NCBI GenBank assembly: GCA_963666285.1
Contig: OY762711.1
Reading direction: 5' to 3' (one strand)
Length of the DNA stretch: 64,000 nucleotides
Source: Sedimentisphaerales bacterium
Lineage (GTDB): Bacteria; Planctomycetota; Phycisphaerae; Sedimentisphaerales; SM23-30
A program made the position numbers and the translations under genes. The notes beneath the pieces were generated by a model, which searched no databases, was not told the DNA's origin, and was given only the letters and a program-made list of their open reading frames with translations. Shown here in pieces: positions 61,711 through 64,000 of the stretch (position 1 is the stretch's first letter; each line of letters opens with the position of its first letter).

Positions 61711-62961
61711 ATGGCAGACAATCTTGAATTTTTGCGTCAGAGTGACCCTGAGATTTATAATCTCATAGTAAAAGAACACGATCGTCAGCAGAATACGCTG
61801 GAGCTGATTGCCTCGGAGAACCATACCTCCAAGGCGATAATGGAAGCGGCTGGAAGCTGTCTGACAAATAAATATGCAGAAGGTTATCCGCAGAAGCGTT
61901 ATTACGGCGGCTGCGAACATGTAGATGATGTCGAACAGCTGGCAATTGATCGCTGTAAAGAGCTTTTTGGCTGTGAGCATGCGAATGTTCAGCCGCATTC
62001 AGGATCTCAGGCTAATATGGCAGCATATTTTGCCGCTTTGTCAGCCGGTGACTCTATCCTGGCGATGGACCTGGCTCATGGCGGGCATTTGACCCATGGT
62101 TTCAAGATCAATTTCAGCGGAAAACTGTACCAGGTATATAGCTATGGCGTAACCGAAGATACTGAAACTATCGATTACGATCAGATGGCAAAGCTGGCGG
62201 CAGAGCATAAGCCAAAGATGATCGTTTGTGGTGCCAGTGCATATCCACGAGTAATAGATTTTGAAAAGATCGCTTCAATTGCACATGAAAACGGGGCGGT
62301 AGTAATGGCTGATATAGCACATATTGCCGGTCTGGTTTGTACCGGACTGCATCCAAGCCCGGTACCAAGCTGTGAGTTTGTTACAACAACAACCCATAAG
62401 ACCCTGCGTGGTCCTCGAAGCGGCCTGGTAATGTGTAAGGAAGAATATGCTAAGAAAGTAAACTCAGCAGTATTTCCCGGTATGCAGGGTGGCCCGCTTT
62501 GTCATGTAGTTGCGGCCAAGGCAGTTGCGTTTGGTGAAGCATTGAAACCTGAATACAAGCAGTATATGGAACAGGTAGTAAAGAATTGTAAGGTACTGGC
62601 CGAACAGCTTGTATCTCGCGGTTTCAGATTGTGTTCCGGTGGCTCTGATAACCACCTGATGCTGCTTGACCTTCGTCCTTATGATGAAAACCTGACCGGT
62701 GCCCAGGCTGAAAAATGGCTGCAGGCGGCCGGTATCATAACCAATAAGAATCTTATTCCGTTTGATACCCGTAAGGCTACAGAAGCTTCCGGTATTCGTA
62801 TTGGAACACCGGCGTTAACAACACGCGGGCTGAAAGAAGATGAAATGAAGAAACTCGCCGCTATGATTGACACTGCACTTAAGAGCGAAGGCGATGAAGC
62901 TAAATTGGCTGTTGTAAAAGAACAGGTTAAGGAAATGTGTGACCAGTTCCCGTTAGACTAA
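61711..62961 (+). CDS. glyA: Serine hydroxymethyltransferase
   Basis: [37 protein letters not shown] and GIRIGTPA. Confidence 0.97.
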   Translation: MADNLEFLRQSDPEIYNLIVKEHDRQQNTLELIASENHTSKAIMEAAGSCLTNKYAEGYPQKRYYGGCEHVDDVEQLAIDRCKELFGCEHANVQPHSGSQANMAAYFAALSAGDSILAMDLAHGGHLTHGFKINFSGKLYQVYSYGVTEDTETIDYDQMAKLAAEHKPKMIVCGASAYPRVIDFEKIASIAHENGAVVMADIAHIAGLVCTGLHPSPVPSCEFVTTTTHKTLRGPRSGLVMCKEEYAKKVNSAVFPGMQGGPLCHVVAAKAVAFGEALKPEYKQYMEQVVKNCKVLAEQLVSRGFRLCSGGSDNHLMLLDLRPYDENLTGAQAEKWLQAAGIITNKNLIPFDTRKATEASGIRIGTPALTTRGLKEDEMKKLAAMIDTALKSEGDEAKLAVVKEQVKEMCDQFPLD

Positions 62962-63013
62962 ATCCAGAGTAATATTCATTTTATAGATAAACCTTACCCA
63001 GGTTTTTCATATA

Positions 63014-63044
63014 GACCGTTCGGCGACCCCGGGCGGTTTTTTTT
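63014..63044 (+). terminator. Intrinsic terminator after glyA
   Basis: ACCGTTCGG-loop-CCGGGCGGT followed by a T-run. Confidence 0.75.
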
Positions 63045-63370
63045 ATGTAACTATCATTTCAAGCAAGAAAAGATTGGTATGTTGTCATTTGATTTAAATG
63101 TTGGTAACTCAATTTTGTAATTCAACGGAGTATATTGGTAATAATTCATTGGGTGAATATAATCTGGGTTAAAATAGGAAGTATAGTGGATATTAAAGGG
63201 TGCTTTTGCAGTTAAGAGAGCCGGTACCTTGAAAAAATACAAGTCCTTTGCTACAATATTATAGATTTATATGAGTGTGCCTGTATTGGTGAACAATATT
63301 AGATGCGGGTATTGGGTGATAAAGTAAATCTGACCATATACGGTTATAGATAATATCGAAGAAGAATATC

Positions 63371-64000
63371 ATGTATAAAAAAAGCTTATCAGTTGTTTTC
63401 CGGTTGTTTTTTTGTTTGATTGTTATTATTTCAAGCGGTTTGTTTGCATCGCCTGTTAATGAGGTTGATGCGGATCTGGCTATTCGTGGCTGGTTGCGAT
63501 ATAATGACAAGCCGATGACATATGCCATCAGTAAGGATGCCAGGGAATCGGTAGGTTATTCTGACGAATATGGCAGAATATTGTACTATATAGTCGAGCT
63601 AGAGCCTCAAGGTTTTGTGGTTTGCTCTGCTGATGATGAACTTGAGCCGGTTATCGCTTTTTCTGTGAATGGGAGCTATCGTGATCTGGAAGGCAATCCG
63701 TTCAGGGAGCTTTTGGTTCAGGATATGACCGAACGGCTGGATTCTATAAAGAGCAAAAAAGGTAAGGCTGCGGTAAAGTCAGCCCAGCAGGGAAAGTGGC
63801 AGACATTGTTAGATGCCGGGATGCAGACAAAGAGTGATATAGGCTTTTTGGGTGGAGTTTTGTCTGTGTCAGATGTTCGGGTAATGCCGCTGGTAGAGAG
63901 CCAGTGGAGCCAGGACGAGGCCGGCGGCGACTATTGCTATAACTATTATACACCGAACCATTATGTGTCCGGATGTGTTGCAACAGCGATGTCGCAGCTT
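63371..64000 (+). CDS. Peptidase C10 (streptopain/SpeB-like) precursor, 3'-truncated by the window edge; absent from the ORF track
   Basis: Manual translation: signal peptide MYKKSLSVVFRLFFCLIVIISSGLFA, propeptide GFVVCSADDELEPVIAFS, then PLVESQWSQ..YNYYTP and catalytic GCVATAMSQ. Confidence 0.88.
   Translation, partial: MYKKSLSVVFRLFFCLIVIISSGLFASPVNEVDADLAIRGWLRYNDKPMTYAISKDARESVGYSDEYGRILYYIVELEPQGFVVCSADDELEPVIAFSVNGSYRDLEGNPFRELLVQDMTERLDSIKSKKGKAAVKSAQQGKWQTLLDAGMQTKSDIGFLGGVLSVSDVRVMPLVESQWSQDEAGGDYCYNYYTPNHYVSGCVATAMSQL

Overview
Chromosomal window from a Planctomycetota bacterium, probably class Phycisphaerae (Sedimentisphaerales-like). This placement is inferred from the 16S sequence, PEP-CTERM proteins and a dockerin-like C-terminal tail. 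It carries about 50 protein genes, mostly housekeeping or carbohydrate-related: ribBA end, hisC, rho, thiSG, lysC, tatC, folP, rnpA, smpB, zwf, glyA, GH31 and a six-hairpin glycosidase. It also holds a stand-alone 16S rRNA transcription unit with its own promoters, processing stem and terminator, and no linked tRNA or 23S. Most notable oddities: (1) a PotD-like binding protein translationally coupled to a hybrid sensor pseudokinase whose H-box, ATP-binding boxes and HPt histidine are lost while the receiver is intact; (2) an active lipoprotein HtrA followed by a protein with two apparently dead trypsin-like domains plus PDZ domains; (3) a mostly AT-rich accessory patch (OLD-family nuclease, flavin reductase, two orphans) whose spacers carry short tandem-repeat motifs and a duplicated gene fragment; (4) a Tat-exported Gfo/Idh/MocA plus HEAT-DUF1080 lipoprotein pair; (5) several structured non-coding segments. 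No CRISPR array, tRNA, IS or integrase was recognised. All calls come from reading motifs by eye; no searches were run.
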